This document shows, piece after piece, positions 1 through 10,833 of a DNA stretch of 64,000 bases. The position numbers were made by a program, and so were the translations under genes. The notes beneath the pieces were generated by a model. The model was not told the DNA's origin. It saw nothing but the letters and a program-made list of their open reading frames with translations, and made no database searches. Each line of letters opens with the position of its first letter. Position 1 is the stretch's first letter. Source of the DNA: an uncultured Chloroflexia bacterium (GTDB taxonomy: Bacteria; Chloroflexota; Limnocylindria; Limnocylindrales; CSP1-4); NCBI GenBank assembly GCA_963763775.1, contig CAVXPZ010000001.1, positions 544,001 through 608,000 on the forward strand, read 5' to 3'.

Positions 1-179
1 GCGAGGTCGAGGGCGATGGACCCCGTGGGGATCGTGTCGATCTCGAGCTGCTCGCGCGAGCCGAGCTTCATGATCGAGCCGCGGCCGAACTGCTTCTCGA
101 TGGCGAGTAGCGCCGCATCGACGGCCTTGCCGCGTTCCGTCTGGGATCGGTCGCTCGCTCGCTCTTCGGTCATCGCCAT
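1..179 (-). CDS. recA: Recombinase RecA, N-terminal part (runs off window start)
   Basis: Manual minus-strand translation: [60 protein letters not shown], the RecA N-terminal signature; GAGGAG upstream. Confidence 0.95.
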   Translation of the reverse strand, partial: MAMTEERASDRSQTERGKAVDAALLAIEKQFGRGSIMKLGSREQLEIDTIPTGSIALDL

Positions 180-251
180 CAGTCCGTCACGCTCCTCATC
201 GATCGGTCGACCGGACACCGAAGCGCGCCATCGTGGCGACGGATCCGGTGG

Positions 252-419
252 TCAGCCCTCGGTCTCGTCGTCCTGTTCGACGACGGGCTTCTCCTTGCGC
301 GGCTTGCGGATCACCTCGACGTTCTGGGGCGGTGCCTCCAGCGGCGAGAGCGTCGGCTGTCCGAGCTTGGCTTTCGGCTTCTTCTTGGCTTCCTTGCCGG
401 GACGGTTTCGCGAGCCCAT
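252..419 (-). CDS. Small Lys-rich hypothetical protein (55 aa), not in ORF track
   Basis: ATG at 419 with GGAGG 7 nt upstream; MGSRNRPGKEAKKKPKAKLGQPTLSPLEAPPQNVEVIRKPRKEKPVVEQDDETEG*; GC3-rich codons. Confidence 0.7.
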   Translation of the reverse strand: MGSRNRPGKEAKKKPKAKLGQPTLSPLEAPPQNVEVIRKPRKEKPVVEQDDETEG

Positions 420-443
420 CGCTGCGCCTCCGCGTCGAATAGC

Positions 444-463
444 AGGCTACGGAACGACCCTTC
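444..463 (-). promoter_or_regulatory. Candidate -10 (TAGCCT) with adjacent imperfect LexA-type box GAAG-N4-GTTC
   Basis: 452-463 is one mismatch from GAAC-N4-GTTC; lies upstream of the small ORF and recA. Confidence 0.3.
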
Positions 464-1637
464 ACGCCGACTGCACCGCCCCTTCATCGCCGCTCAACCG
501 GCCAGCGTGAACACGCAATCCGGCCATCGAAGCGGGGAAGGAACCGGCCCGGATGGAGGCTCGGACCCTGGCCATGAAGTCTAGGGTGAAGGTCAGGTTG
601 TGACAAGTCGCGAGACGGTAGGCGAGCAGCTCCTTGGCCCGGAACAGATGGGCCAGATACGCTCGGGAGAAGCGCCGGCAGGCGAGGCACGGACAGTCCT
701 CCTGGATGGGTCGCGGATCGTCGAGGAAGGCCCGATTCCGGATGTTGAGGCGACCCCCGGGGACCCAGAGCTGGCCGTTTCGCGCAACGCGTGCCGGCAG
801 CACGGAATCGAAGAGGTCGACGCCGCGATGCACGGCCTCCAGCAGGTCCGCCGGGGAGCCGAGGCCCATCAGGTAGCGCGGCCGCGGGTCGTCGTCCAGG
901 AGGGGCACGGCCAGGTCGAGCGTCGCGTCGCGTTGGGCCGGCGTCTCGTCGCCCGCCAGGCCGCCCAGGCAGATCCCGTCGAACGGCAGGCTGGCGATGA
1001 ACCGCGTGGACGCCGCCCGGAGTTCCGGGTCGAGGCCGCCCTGGACGATCCCGAACAGCGCCTGATCCTCCCGCGTGTGCGCCGCCAGCGATCGTTCCGC
1101 CCATCGGTGCGTGCGCTCGGTCGCGTCCGCGACCACGGCCCGCGGCGACGTGGGAAAGACGGGCTGGTCGAACGCCACGGCGACGTCCGAGCCCAACGCC
1201 TCCTGGGCGCCGATCGCGACCTCGGGCGTGAATCGGTGTGTGGAGCCATCGAGGTGGCTGCGGAAGGTCACCCCGTCCTCGTCGACGACCCGGAGGTCCC
1301 CGAGGGACACGACCTGGAACCCTCCCGAGTCCGTGAGGATCGGCCGGTCCCAGTCCATGAACCGGTGGAGGCCGCCGAGCCGTGCGATCCGGTCCGCACC
1401 GGGGCGAAGGTAGAGGTGGTACGTGTTCGAGAGGATGATCGAGGCACCCGTCTCACGGATCTCGTCGGGCGAGAGGGCCTTCACGGTCGCGTTGGTGCCG
1501 ACCGGCATGAACTGCGGCGTCTCCACGATCCCGTGGGTCAGCGTCAGCTGGCCGAGGCGCGCCCGCGTCGATCCGTCGGCCGGCGGGGGCACGAGCACCT
1601 CGTAGCGCGCCGCCCGGCCCTCGTAGGGAGCGGTCAC
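462..1637 (-). CDS. tgt: tRNA-guanine transglycosylase
   Basis: [31 protein letters not shown], CxCxxC...H zinc site; GTG at 1637 overlaps the ruvB TGA. Confidence 0.95.
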   Translation of the reverse strand: MTAPYEGRAARYEVLVPPPADGSTRARLGQLTLTHGIVETPQFMPVGTNATVKALSPDEIRETGASIILSNTYHLYLRPGADRIARLGGLHRFMDWDRPILTDSGGFQVVSLGDLRVVDEDGVTFRSHLDGSTHRFTPEVAIGAQEALGSDVAVAFDQPVFPTSPRAVVADATERTHRWAERSLAAHTREDQALFGIVQGGLDPELRAASTRFIASLPFDGICLGGLAGDETPAQRDATLDLAVPLLDDDPRPRYLMGLGSPADLLEAVHRGVDLFDSVLPARVARNGQLWVPGGRLNIRNRAFLDDPRPIQEDCPCLACRRFSRAYLAHLFRAKELLAYRLATCHNLTFTLDFMARVRASIRAGSFPASMAGLRVHAGRLSGDEGAVQSA

Positions 1638-2714
1638 GCGTCCTCCGGGGCGGGGTCGTCCCAGAGGCTGGGCATCCCGGCCTCGGCGCGTCGGGGTGGC
1701 GGGATCTCGTACCCGAGCGCCGCGAGGTGTGCCCGCGCCGCCTCGGTCGCGATGCGGCCCTGCGGCGTGCGGTCGATGAACCCGAGCCGCAGGAGGAACG
1801 GCTCGTAGACATCCTCGATGGTCTCGATCTCCTCGGACAGGACGGCGGCGAGGGCGGCGACACCCACCGGGCCCGGAGGCGAACTTCTGGATGATGGCCG
1901 CCAGCAGCTTCCGATCCGTCGAGTCGAGGCCCTCGTCGTCGATCTCCATGGCCCGCATCGCCTCGCGGGCGCGTGCCTCGTCGACGGTCCCGTCTCCGTG
2001 GACCTGGGCATGGTCGCGGACCCGCTTGAGCAGCCGGTTCACGATCCGAGGCGTGCCCCGGCCGCGTCGCGCGATGGCCCGGGCCGCCGCCGGCTCGATC
2101 TGGACGTCGAGGATCGACGCGGACCGGTCGACGATGGCCGTCAGCTCGTCGTCCGTGTAGAAGTCCAGGCGGTACGTCGCCCCGAACCGGTCGCGGAGCG
2201 GGCTGCTGATGCGGCCGGCGCGGGTCGTCGCCCCCACGACCGTGAACGGCTTGAGGCTGAGCCGCAGGCTCCGGGCGCTCGGCCCCTTGCCGATCATCAC
2301 GTCGAGCGCGTAGTCCTCCATCGCCGGGTAGAGGATCTCCTCCACCGCGCGGTTCAGACGATGGATCTCGTCGATGAAGAGCACGTCCCGCTCGTCGAGC
2401 GAGGTCAGGACGCTCGCGAGATCGCCGGCCCGCTCGATCGCGGGTCCCGAGGTGTAGCGGACATTCACGCCGAGCTCGCGGGCGACGATGGTCGCGAGCG
2501 TGGTCTTGCCGAGGCCGGGCGGCCCGTAGAGGAGGACGTGGTCTGCCGCCTCTCCCCTGCCCTTCGCCGCCTGGAGGAGGATCGACAGGTTGGCCTTGAC
2601 CTCCCGCTGCCCGATGTATTCGTCGAGCGTGCGGGGCCGCAGTGTGCCCTCCACGACGAGATCCGCCTCGTCATCGAGGTCCGGCGACAGGATGCGAGAA
2701 AGATCGTCGGCCAT
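1634..2714 (-). CDS. ruvB: Holliday junction helicase RuvB (one apparent frameshift ~1872)
   Basis: [33 protein letters not shown]; C-terminus GPVG...EDVYEPFL...RTPQGR in the 1634..2011 frame. Confidence 0.95.
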
Positions 2715-2722
2715 CGGGCGGG

Positions 2723-2761
2723 ATGGTAGCACGCCGACGACCATTTCGCACGCCTGTTCTA
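2723..2761 (-). promoter_or_regulatory. ruvB promoter: extended -10 TGCTACCAT plus candidate SOS box TCGCAC-N4-GTTCTA (2746-2761)
   Basis: -10 lies 8 nt before the ATG; the box resembles TCGAAC-N4-GTTCGA and overlaps the -35 region. Confidence 0.5.
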
Positions 2762-2836
2762 CATCTCGCCGCACCTCGTCCGCCTCGGATGCGAAGTCCC
2801 ACTACGCGAGTAGGGCTTCAGCGCTACGATGACCCG

Positions 2837-3313
2837 ATGCGGCTCTCCCGCCGTTCCGAATACGGCTTGCGCGCGCTCACCGACCTCGTCCGGCACGCCG
2901 ACGACGGCCCGGTGGCGCTCGCCGCGCTCGCCGAGCGAAACCGCCTGCCGCTCAAGTTCCTCGAGCAGATCATGGCCACGCTCAAGCACGCCGGGATCGT
3001 CCGGACCACCCTCGGCGCGCATGGCGGCTATGCGATCTCCGCCGACCCCCGCACGGTGTCGCTCGGCCGCGTGATCCGCCTCCTGGACGGCGCCCTGGCG
3101 CCGCTCGGGTGCGTCTCCCTCCGCTACTACGAGGCGTGCTCCTGCCCCGACGAGGCGACCTGCCCGCTGCGCGACACGATGATCGACGTCCGCGACGCGA
3201 TGCTGGACATCCTCGACGAGCAGACGCTGGCAGACCTCGCCGCCCGGTCCGGCGGCCGCTCGATCGACCCGCTTGGCCGACACTCGGACGCGCTGGCCGG
3301 TCTGCGGCCCTGA
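2837..3313 (+). CDS. Rrf2-family transcriptional regulator with Cys-rich C-terminus
   Basis: MRLSRRSEYGLRAL, FLEQIM..LK.AGIV....G.HGGY; CVS...CSCPDEATC; TACGAT 6 nt before ATG (leaderless). Confidence 0.9.
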   Translation: MRLSRRSEYGLRALTDLVRHADDGPVALAALAERNRLPLKFLEQIMATLKHAGIVRTTLGAHGGYAISADPRTVSLGRVIRLLDGALAPLGCVSLRYYEACSCPDEATCPLRDTMIDVRDAMLDILDEQTLADLAARSGGRSIDPLGRHSDALAGLRP

Positions 3314-3334
3314 CGCGCTGGCCGGTCTCCGGCC

Positions 3335-3931
3335 CTAATCCCGCGCGAGGCTCCGCAGGGCGGCCTTGACCCGTTCCTCGAGCGTCGAGGCGACCCCCAC
3401 GTCCGAGAGCGCGATCCGCGAGGCCTCGCGGGCCTCACCGAGCGAGTAGCCGAGGGCCTGGAGGGCCGCCACGATCTCGCCCTCGCTCGCGGCCTGGCCG
3501 GCGACCGACGGACCCGAGACCGCGACGCCTGCCGCAGTGACCTTCTCCTTGAGCTCGAAGATGATCCGCTCGGCGAGTTTCTTGCCGATCCCGGGGATCG
3601 CGACGAGCACGGCCTGGTCCTGCGCCATGATCGCGAGCTGCAGGTCCGCCGGCGGCCTCGACCCCACGATCGCCAGGGCCACCTTCGGCCCCACCCCGTT
3701 GACGGTGAGCAGGAGGTTGAAGAACCCGAGCTCTTCCGAGGTCCGGAAGCCGTACAACGCCTGCTGGTCCTCGCGGACCAGGTGGTAGGTGTGCAGCTTG
3801 AGCCGGCCGCCCGGCACCGCCGAGGCGATGACCGACGGCGCGGCGAAGACCCGGTAGCCGATGCCGCCGACCTCGATGACCAGCGAATCGAAGGCGACGG
3901 CGCCCACCGTCCCCTCGACCGAGGCGATCAC
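3335..3931 (-). CDS. ruvA: Holliday junction DNA-binding protein RuvA
   Basis: GGIGYRV, VRED...LYGF, VNGVGPK, IPGIGKKLAERIIFELKEK, ALQALGY. Confidence 0.97.
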   Translation of the reverse strand: MIASVEGTVGAVAFDSLVIEVGGIGYRVFAAPSVIASAVPGGRLKLHTYHLVREDQQALYGFRTSEELGFFNLLLTVNGVGPKVALAIVGSRPPADLQLAIMAQDQAVLVAIPGIGKKLAERIIFELKEKVTAAGVAVSGPSVAGQAASEGEIVAALQALGYSLGEAREASRIALSDVGVASTLEERVKAALRSLARD

Positions 3932-4545
3932 GAGGCGCTGCGCTTCGCGGCGCGGATCCCGGCACGCTCGGCGGCGAGCGCTTCGCGGACCGCCCGTTCG
4001 TAGGCGCTCTCGCCGCGGACGATCGGGGCGACCGCCGCGCGATCCATGACCGCGGCACCGGCACGCTCGGCGCCGACGCGTTCGGTGTTCGCCGCCCAGG
4101 TCGCGATGGCGAGCGCGTCCGCGGCGTCATCCGGGCGCGGCAGCTCGCCCATGCCGAGAACCAGCTGCACCATGCGCGCGACCTGGTCCTTCTCTGCGGC
4201 GCCATAGCCCGTGATGGCGCTCTTGACCTCGCTTGGCGTGGCCTCGCGCACCGGCGTGCCGTGCTGGGCCGCCGCCAGCAGGACGACCCCGCGGGCCTGC
4301 CCGACCGCGAAGGCCGTCTGGACGTTCTTGGAGAAGAAGAGCCGCTCGACCGCGATGACGTCCGGCTGGTGCAGGGCGAGCAGGTCGTCCACGAGCGTGT
4401 GGATCGCCAGCAGGCGCTCGGGCAGCCCCAGGTCCGCGCTCGTCGTCAGGCAGCCATGGTCGACCTCGCGCAAGCGGCCGCCGGATCGCTCGACGATCCC
4501 GTAGCCCAGCGCGGCGGTCCCCGGGTCGATCCCGAGGACGATCAC
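3928..4545 (-). CDS. ruvC: Crossover junction endodeoxyribonuclease RuvC
   Basis: [34 protein letters not shown]. Confidence 0.97.
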   Translation of the reverse strand: MIVLGIDPGTAALGYGIVERSGGRLREVDHGCLTTSADLGLPERLLAIHTLVDDLLALHQPDVIAVERLFFSKNVQTAFAVGQARGVVLLAAAQHGTPVREATPSEVKSAITGYGAAEKDQVARMVQLVLGMGELPRPDDAADALAIATWAANTERVGAERAGAAVMDRAAVAPIVRGESAYERAVREALAAERAGIRAAKRSAS

Positions 4546-5294
4546 CCGGCGACCTCGGCGAAGACGTCCTCGGGGATGTCGAAGTTGGCGGTCACGCGCG
4601 AGACGTCGTCGAGGTCCTCGAGCAGCTCGACGAGCCGAAGGGCCTGGCGCGCCTTCGCCGAGTCCAGTTCGACGGTCTGCTTGGCGACCATGGTCGCTTC
4701 GGCGGAGTCGACCGCGACCCCGGCCCCTTCGAGCGCCCGGCGCACGGCCTCGAGCTCGCCGGGGGCGGTGTAGATCTCGATGGTCTCGCCGTCCTCGGTG
4801 TCGACGTCCTCGGCCCCGGCGTCGATCGCCGCGAGCGCCACCTCGTCGGCATCCACGCCGTCGCGCGCCACGGAGATGAGCCCGCGCGGCTCGAACTGCC
4901 AGGCGACCGCGCCGCTGCCGGCCAGCTGGCCGCCCGACTTCGCGAACATCGAGCGCACCTCGGCCGCGGTGCGATTGCGGTTGTCGGTCTGGGCTTCCAC
5001 GAGGACCGCCACGCCGCCCGGGCCGTAGCCCTCGTAGACGATCTCCTCGTACTGGTCGACCTCGCCGGCGCCCGTCGCCTTGTCGATCGTCCGCTTGATG
5101 TTGTCCGCGGGCATGTTCACCGAGCGGGCCTTCTCGATGGCGAGCCGAAGCCGATAGTTGGCATCGGGGTCGCCGCCGCCCTGACGAGCCGCAACGGAGA
5201 TCTCACGCGCCACTTTCGTGAACAGGGCGCCGCGCTTGGCGTCGGTGATGCCCTTGGCGCGCTTGATCGTGGACCACTTGGAATGACCTGACAT
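4542..5294 (-). CDS. yebC: YebC/PmpR family protein
   Basis: [26 protein letters not shown]; canonical position before ruvC. Confidence 0.96.
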   Translation of the reverse strand: MSGHSKWSTIKRAKGITDAKRGALFTKVAREISVAARQGGGDPDANYRLRLAIEKARSVNMPADNIKRTIDKATGAGEVDQYEEIVYEGYGPGGVAVLVEAQTDNRNRTAAEVRSMFAKSGGQLAGSGAVAWQFEPRGLISVARDGVDADEVALAAIDAGAEDVDTEDGETIEIYTAPGELEAVRRALEGAGVAVDSAEATMVAKQTVELDSAKARQALRLVELLEDLDDVSRVTANFDIPEDVFAEVAG

Positions 5295-5391
5295 CGCGGG
5301 CCGGAGTATAGCCGACTATGATGGCTGGACCCCTTGCGCTCCCTTCACGACCTCCGCTCGCAACGCCCACCAGGAGGACCGTCGAACCACG

Positions 5392-7485
5392 ATGACGATG
5401 AAGAGCGTCGACCTCCCCCACCTTCGCAGCGTCGTCCTGACGGGCCACGTCGGCTCGGGCAAGACGACGCTGGCGGAGCAGCTCATGTTCAAGGCCGGGG
5501 CGATCCCGCGACTCGGTCGCGTCGACGACGGGACGGCCCACCTGGACTTCGAGCCCGAGGAGCAGAAGCGGCGCGAGTCGCTGAGCCTGGCGGTCGGCAC
5601 CTTCGAGAGCGACGGCACGCGGATCTCGCTCGTCGACACGCCCGGATACCCGGACTTCGTCGCGGACGTCGTCGAAGGGTTCGCCGCCGCGGACGGCGCG
5701 ATCTTCGTCATGGACGCCTCCGGCGGCGTCGAGGCCGGACTCGAGAACGCGGTGGCGATCGGCCGCGCGACCGGCCGCGCCGCGTGCTTCTTCATCAACA
5801 AGGGCGACCGCGAGAACGCGGACCCCACCGCGGCGCTGGACGCGTTGCGGGCCACCTTCGGGGAGAAGATCGCGCCGCTCCAGCTCGCGATCGGGGCTGC
5901 GGAGTCGTTCTCCGGCTACGTCGACCTCGTCCACCGCAAGGCGTGGCAGTGGGACGGCTCGAAGGAGGTCGAGGTCGCGATCCCGGCCGACATGGTCGAC
6001 GAGGTCGCGCGTCGCCGCGACCAGCTCCTCGAGGCCGCCGCCGAGGCCGACGACGACGTCCTCACGAAGTACCTGGAAGGCGAGGAGATCGCCGACCACG
6101 AACTCGAGGTCTGCCTGCGCAAGGGCGTCAAGGACAGCATCCTCGCGCCGGTCCTCGTCGGCAGCGCCGCCAAGGGGATCGGCCTGCGCGGTCTCCTCGA
6201 TGCGATCGTCCGGTACCTCCCCTCCCCCGCCGACGAGCCGCCGGTCAAGTGCGCGGACAAGGGCGGTGGCGCCACCGAGATCGCCGCCGACGAGGCCGGG
6301 CCGCTCCTGGTGCGCGTCTTCAAGACCACGGCGGACCCGTTCGTCGGACGGCTGACCTACCTGCGCGTCCTGTCCGGCACGCTGCACTCGCAGGCGCACG
6401 TGTGGAACGCGACGCGCGGCGAGGACGAGCGGATCGGGCAGCTCCTGCTGCTGCACGGCAAGGAGCAGGAGGCGATCGGCGAGCTCAAGGCGGGCGAGAT
6501 CGGGGCCGTCGCCAAGCTGACGGTGACCGAGACCGGCGACACGGTCTCGACGAAGGAACGCCCCCTGACGCTCCCCCCGCTCGAGTTCCCGTCGCCGTCG
6601 CTCGTGCTGGCGATCGAGCCGCAGTCCAAGGGCGACCTCGACAAGATGGGCCCGGCGCTCCAGCGGATGCTCGAGGAGGAGCCGACGGTCCGCCTCGAGC
6701 GCAGCGCGACCGGCGAGCAGGTCCTGCGGACGATGGGCGAGGCGCACACCGCGGTCATCATCGAGCGGCTCAAGCGCAAGTTCGGTGCCGCGGTGGTCAC
6801 CCACACGCCCAAGGTGCCGTACAAGGAGACCATCCGCGGCAAGACGCAGGTCCACGGCCGCTACAAGAAGCAGACCGGCGGCCACGGGATGTTCGGCGAT
6901 GTCTGGCTCGAGCTGGAGCCGAACCCCGACGGCGGGGTGGCGTTCGCGGAGCGTGTCGTCGGCGGCAGCGTCCCGAAGGGGTTCTTCGCGGGCGTCGAAA
7001 AGGGCATCCGGGAAGCCGCGGCCGAGGGCGTCGTCGCCGGATACCCGCTCTCGGACTTCCGGGCGACGCTCTACGACGGGTCGTTCCACCCGGTCGACTC
7101 GAACGAGCTCTCGTTCAAGATCGCGGCGTCGATGGCCCTCAAGGACGGCGTCCTGCAGGCGAAGCCCGCGCTGATGGAGCCCATCATGGCGGTCGAGATC
7201 CGGGTCCCCGAGGCCTACATGGGCGAGGTCAACCGCGACCTCAACGGCCGGCGCGGCCGAGTCCTCGGGATGGACTCGGCCGGGTCGACGCAGATCATCA
7301 GCGCCCATGTGCCCGAGGCGGAGCTGTTCACGTACGCGATCGAGCTGCGGTCGCTCACCCACGGCCGCGGCACCTTCACGTCCACGCTCGACCACTACGA
7401 GGACGTGCCGTCGCACATCGCCGAGAAGGTGATCGCGGAGCACCGCAAGGAGCTCGAGGCCGCCGGACACGGCGGCGGCCACTAG
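5392..7485 (+). CDS. fusA: Elongation factor G paralogue (EF-G2 type)
   Basis: [38 protein letters not shown]; AGGAGG RBS; not in an str operon. Confidence 0.9.
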   Translation: MTMKSVDLPHLRSVVLTGHVGSGKTTLAEQLMFKAGAIPRLGRVDDGTAHLDFEPEEQKRRESLSLAVGTFESDGTRISLVDTPGYPDFVADVVEGFAAADGAIFVMDASGGVEAGLENAVAIGRATGRAACFFINKGDRENADPTAALDALRATFGEKIAPLQLAIGAAESFSGYVDLVHRKAWQWDGSKEVEVAIPADMVDEVARRRDQLLEAAAEADDDVLTKYLEGEEIADHELEVCLRKGVKDSILAPVLVGSAAKGIGLRGLLDAIVRYLPSPADEPPVKCADKGGGATEIAADEAGPLLVRVFKTTADPFVGRLTYLRVLSGTLHSQAHVWNATRGEDERIGQLLLLHGKEQEAIGELKAGEIGAVAKLTVTETGDTVSTKERPLTLPPLEFPSPSLVLAIEPQSKGDLDKMGPALQRMLEEEPTVRLERSATGEQVLRTMGEAHTAVIIERLKRKFGAAVVTHTPKVPYKETIRGKTQVHGRYKKQTGGHGMFGDVWLELEPNPDGGVAFAERVVGGSVPKGFFAGVEKGIREAAAEGVVAGYPLSDFRATLYDGSFHPVDSNELSFKIAASMALKDGVLQAKPALMEPIMAVEIRVPEAYMGEVNRDLNGRRGRVLGMDSAGSTQIISAHVPEAELFTYAIELRSLTHGRGTFTSTLDHYEDVPSHIAEKVIAEHRKELEAAGHGGGH

Positions 7486-7515
7486 GCGCGGCGGACCCGC
7501 CTCTGACGCGGCGCC

Positions 7516-8261
7516 TCAACCGATCGCCGCGAGGGCCTCCGCGAGGTCCAGGGACCCGTCGTAGAGCGCACGGCCCACGATCGCGCCCGAACAGCCCACC
7601 GCCCGGACCGCCTCGAGGTCTCGGATCGAGGCGATGCCCGCCGACGCGATGATCGACGCGTCCGAGCCGAGCGCGCCGAGCAGACGCCCGTAGAGGGACA
7701 GATCCGGACCGCCGAGCAGCCCGTCGCGGTCGATCGCGGTGACCTCGAAGCAGCGCACGCCGTGTTCCACGAGGTCACGGATGACCCGTTCGGCGTCCAC
7801 GCCCGGCGCGTCAGCGGTCCAACCCCGGCCGACGGCCAGGCCGCCACGGACATCGATGGCCACCACGATCCGATCCGCCCCATGGGTTCGGACGAGCCGG
7901 CCGGCAAGGTCCGGATCCGCCAGCGCCGCAGTGCCGACGACGGCCCGGGCCGCACCCGCGCGTCGAGCACCGCCGCGACGGCCCCAGCGGTCCGTAGCCC
8001 GCCGGCCACCTCCACGGAGGCACGGTCCGCCACGGCCGCCACGATGTCGGCGATCACCCCGCGGTGCGCCGGCTCCCCGCTGCGGGCGCCGTCCAGGTCC
8101 ACGACATGCAGCCAACGGGCGCCCGCCGCCACGAACGAACGAGCGACCGACACCGGATCGTCGGAGAACGCCGTCTCCCGGTCGAAGTCGCCCTGCTCGA
8201 GGCGGACGACGCGGCCGCCGCGGAGGTCGATCGCCGGCAGGATCTCGAAGGCGCTTGTCAA
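7516..8261 (-). CDS. hisA: ProFAR isomerase HisA (apparent frameshift ~7957)
   Basis: [32 protein letters not shown]; C-terminal [22 protein letters not shown]; TTG start with GGAG RBS. Confidence 0.93.
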
Positions 8262-8273
8262 GAGATGTGCTCC

Positions 8274-8307
8274 GTGTTAGCGTGTTAGCACGCTACTATG
8301 ATAGCAC
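8274..8307. promoter_or_regulatory. Candidate HisR (YerC/TrpR-like) operator overlapping divergent -10 boxes
   Basis: GTGTTAGC-GTGTTAGC-ACGCTACT-ATGATAGCAC: 8-bp periodic half-sites with dyads; TATGAT (+) and TATCAT (-) inside. Confidence 0.65.
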
Positions 8308-8338
8308 AGCCACACGAACGAACGAGGACGACGGCGAC

Positions 8339-8641
8339 ATGGCCGACGACTGGCGCACCCCTGACGCGGAGGCACTCTTCCAGACGATCCTGGGCCTCGA
8401 CACGATCGATGAAGCCGAGCGCTTCTTCCGCGACCTCTGCACCCTCAACGAACTGCGCGACATGGCCCAGCGCTGGGCCGTCGTGCGGCTCCTCGACAGC
8501 GGCAAACACTATGCCGAGATCTCGCGCGAGACCGGAGCGAGCACGGCGACGATCACCCGCATCGCCTCGTGGCTCAACCACGGCGAGGGCGGCTACCGAG
8601 CGGTGCTCGACCGGACCCGTGGCCCCGGGGACGGCGCATGA
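8339..8641 (+). CDS. YerC/YecD TrpR-like repressor (HisR type)
   Basis: FFRDLCTLNELRDMAQRW, YAEISRETGASTATITR, GEGGY; first gene of the his operon. Confidence 0.92.
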   Translation: MADDWRTPDAEALFQTILGLDTIDEAERFFRDLCTLNELRDMAQRWAVVRLLDSGKHYAEISRETGASTATITRIASWLNHGEGGYRAVLDRTRGPGDGA

Positions 8642-9498
8642 CCGAGCGACTCCGCCTGGCCGTCCCGAACAAGGGGCGGCTCGTCGAGCCGACGCTCCGG
8701 CTTCTGCACGACGCGGGCCTCGTCTTCGAGGAGCACGACCGGAGTCTCGTCGCGCGCGTCCAGAACTTCGACCTGGACATCCTGTTCGTGCGGACCAACG
8801 ACGTCATCGAGTTCGTCGGCGATGGGGTCGCCGACCTCGGCGTCACCGGGATCGACCTCCTGAGCGAGACCGGCGCCGAGTTGCCGCGCGTCCGCGAGCT
8901 CGGCTACGGGCGTTGCCGTCTGGCGGCCGCCGTGCCGACCGACGCGCCACAGCGGACCGTGGAAGAACTGGCGGGACTCCGCGTCGCGACCGCCCACCCG
9001 AACACGGCGCGACGGTTCTTCGCCGAGCGACGGATCGCGGTCGACGTCATCCCGATCTCGGGTGCGGTGGAGGTGGCGCCGCGACTCGGGCTGGCGGAGG
9101 CGATCGTGGACCTCGTGTCCACGGGCTCGACGCTCGTGATGAACGGGCTCCGCCAGGTCGGGGACGTGCTCGCCTCGGAGGCGGTGCTGGTCGCGAACCC
9201 GAACGCCCAGCGCCAACGGGCCGAGGAGCTCGCCGCGATCGACACCATGCTCAGCGCGGTGATCGCGGCCCGCGCCCGCAAGTACCTGATGATGAACGCC
9301 CCGGCGGCGACCCTGCCGGAGCTCGAGCGGCTGCTGCCCGCCCTCGAGTCGCCCACGGTGATCCCCCTCGCCCACACCGGGATGATCGCCATCCACTCGG
9401 TCGTGAGCGCCGACGAGGTCTGGGGGCTCCTCCCCCGCCTGAAGGCCGCCGGTGCCTCGGGGATCCTCGTGCTCCCCATCGAGAAGATCGTCCCGTGA
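8638..9498 (+). CDS. hisG: ATP phosphoribosyltransferase, long form
   Basis: LAVPNKGRL, ADLGVTG, SGAVEVAP, DLVSTGSTL, C-terminal regulatory domain. Confidence 0.96.
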   Translation: MTERLRLAVPNKGRLVEPTLRLLHDAGLVFEEHDRSLVARVQNFDLDILFVRTNDVIEFVGDGVADLGVTGIDLLSETGAELPRVRELGYGRCRLAAAVPTDAPQRTVEELAGLRVATAHPNTARRFFAERRIAVDVIPISGAVEVAPRLGLAEAIVDLVSTGSTLVMNGLRQVGDVLASEAVLVANPNAQRQRAEELAAIDTMLSAVIAARARKYLMMNAPAATLPELERLLPALESPTVIPLAHTGMIAIHSVVSADEVWGLLPRLKAAGASGILVLPIEKIVP

Positions 9499-10833
9499 GC
9501 CAGACGACGCTCGCGCATCCGCCGCCTCGATCTGGCGGCGGTCGGCGCCGGCGATCCGTCGGCGAGGGCTGACCGCGATGCCCTGGTGCGTCGCGGGGCG
9601 GTGCCGGACGCCATCGTGCGCGACGCGGCGCGAGCCACGGTGGCCGATGTCCGCGACCGGGGCGACACGGCGGTCCGCGAGGCCAACGACCGCGTCGGGG
9701 GCGGCCGGCCGGATGGTCGGCTCGTCCTCGAGCCCCGCGACCTGCGGGCCGCACGAGACGCCCTCGAGCCGAGGGTCCGACGGGCGCTCGACCAGGCGAT
9801 CGCCAACGTGACGCGGTTCGCCGAGACCCAGCGTCCCGTGTCGACCAGGACCCAGATCCTCCCGGGCATCGAGATCGAGCGCCGCTGGACGCCGCTCGCC
9901 TCGGTCGGCGCGTACGTGCCGGGCGGCTCGGCCCCGTATCCGTCGTCACTCGTCATGACCGTCGTGCCGGCGCGCGTCGCCGGTGTGGAGCGGGTCGTGG
10001 TCGCGTCGCCGGCCGATCGTGACGGCCGGAACCATCCGGTCCTCCTCGGCGCCGCCGGCCTCCTGGACGTGGACGCGGTCATCGTCGCCGGGGGCGCGCA
10101 GGCCATCGGCGCGTTGGCGTACGGCCTGCCCGACGTCGGCATCGGTCCCGTGGACCGGATCGTCGGGCCGGGCAATGCGTGGGTGACCGCGGCCAAGATC
10201 GAGGTCTGCGGCGACGTCGGCATCGACCTGCCGGCCGGCCCGTCCGAGGGCATGGTCCTCGCCGCGCCGCCGGCCGACCCTCGTCGCGTGGCCGCGGACC
10301 TCATCACCCAGGCGGAACACGGGCCGGATTCGCCGGCGATCCTCGTCACGACCGACGCCGGGTTCGCCGACGCGGTGGAGGCCGCCGTCGCGGGGCTCCT
10401 GGCGACCGCGCTGCGGCGCGACATCCTCGAACGGGCTCTGCGCGACCACGGTCGGATCGTGCTGGCCCCCTCGCTCGACGTCGCGATCGCGTTCGTCGAC
10501 GCGTACGCGCCCGAGCACCTGTCCGTCGATGTCGAACCGCTCGAACCGACGGTCGCGCGCCTTCGCAACGCCGGGTCGCTGTTCGTGGGACCGTGGGCGC
10601 CGGAATCGGCCGGGGACTACGCCACGGGCGCGAACCACGTCCTGCCGACCGGCGGGCTGGCACGCGGCGCAGGCGGCCTCTCCGTCGAGGCGTATGGCAA
10701 GTTCGTCCAGGTCCAGCGGGTCGACAGAGTCGGTCTCGCCGCGATCCGCGAGTCCGTCACGACCCTTGCCGAGACCGAGGGGCTGCTCGCGCACCGCGAC
10801 GCCGTCGAGATCCGGTTCGAGGGCGAGGCATGA
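9495..10833 (+). CDS. hisD: Histidinol dehydrogenase (apparent frameshift near 5' end ~9515)
   Basis: [53 protein letters not shown]. Confidence 0.95.

Noticed and set aside
462-2774. 770-aa RuvB-Tgt fusion in the ORF track
   Set aside because: An extra base near 1872 shifts frame; the normal RuvB C-terminus and TGA/GTG overlap exist in another frame
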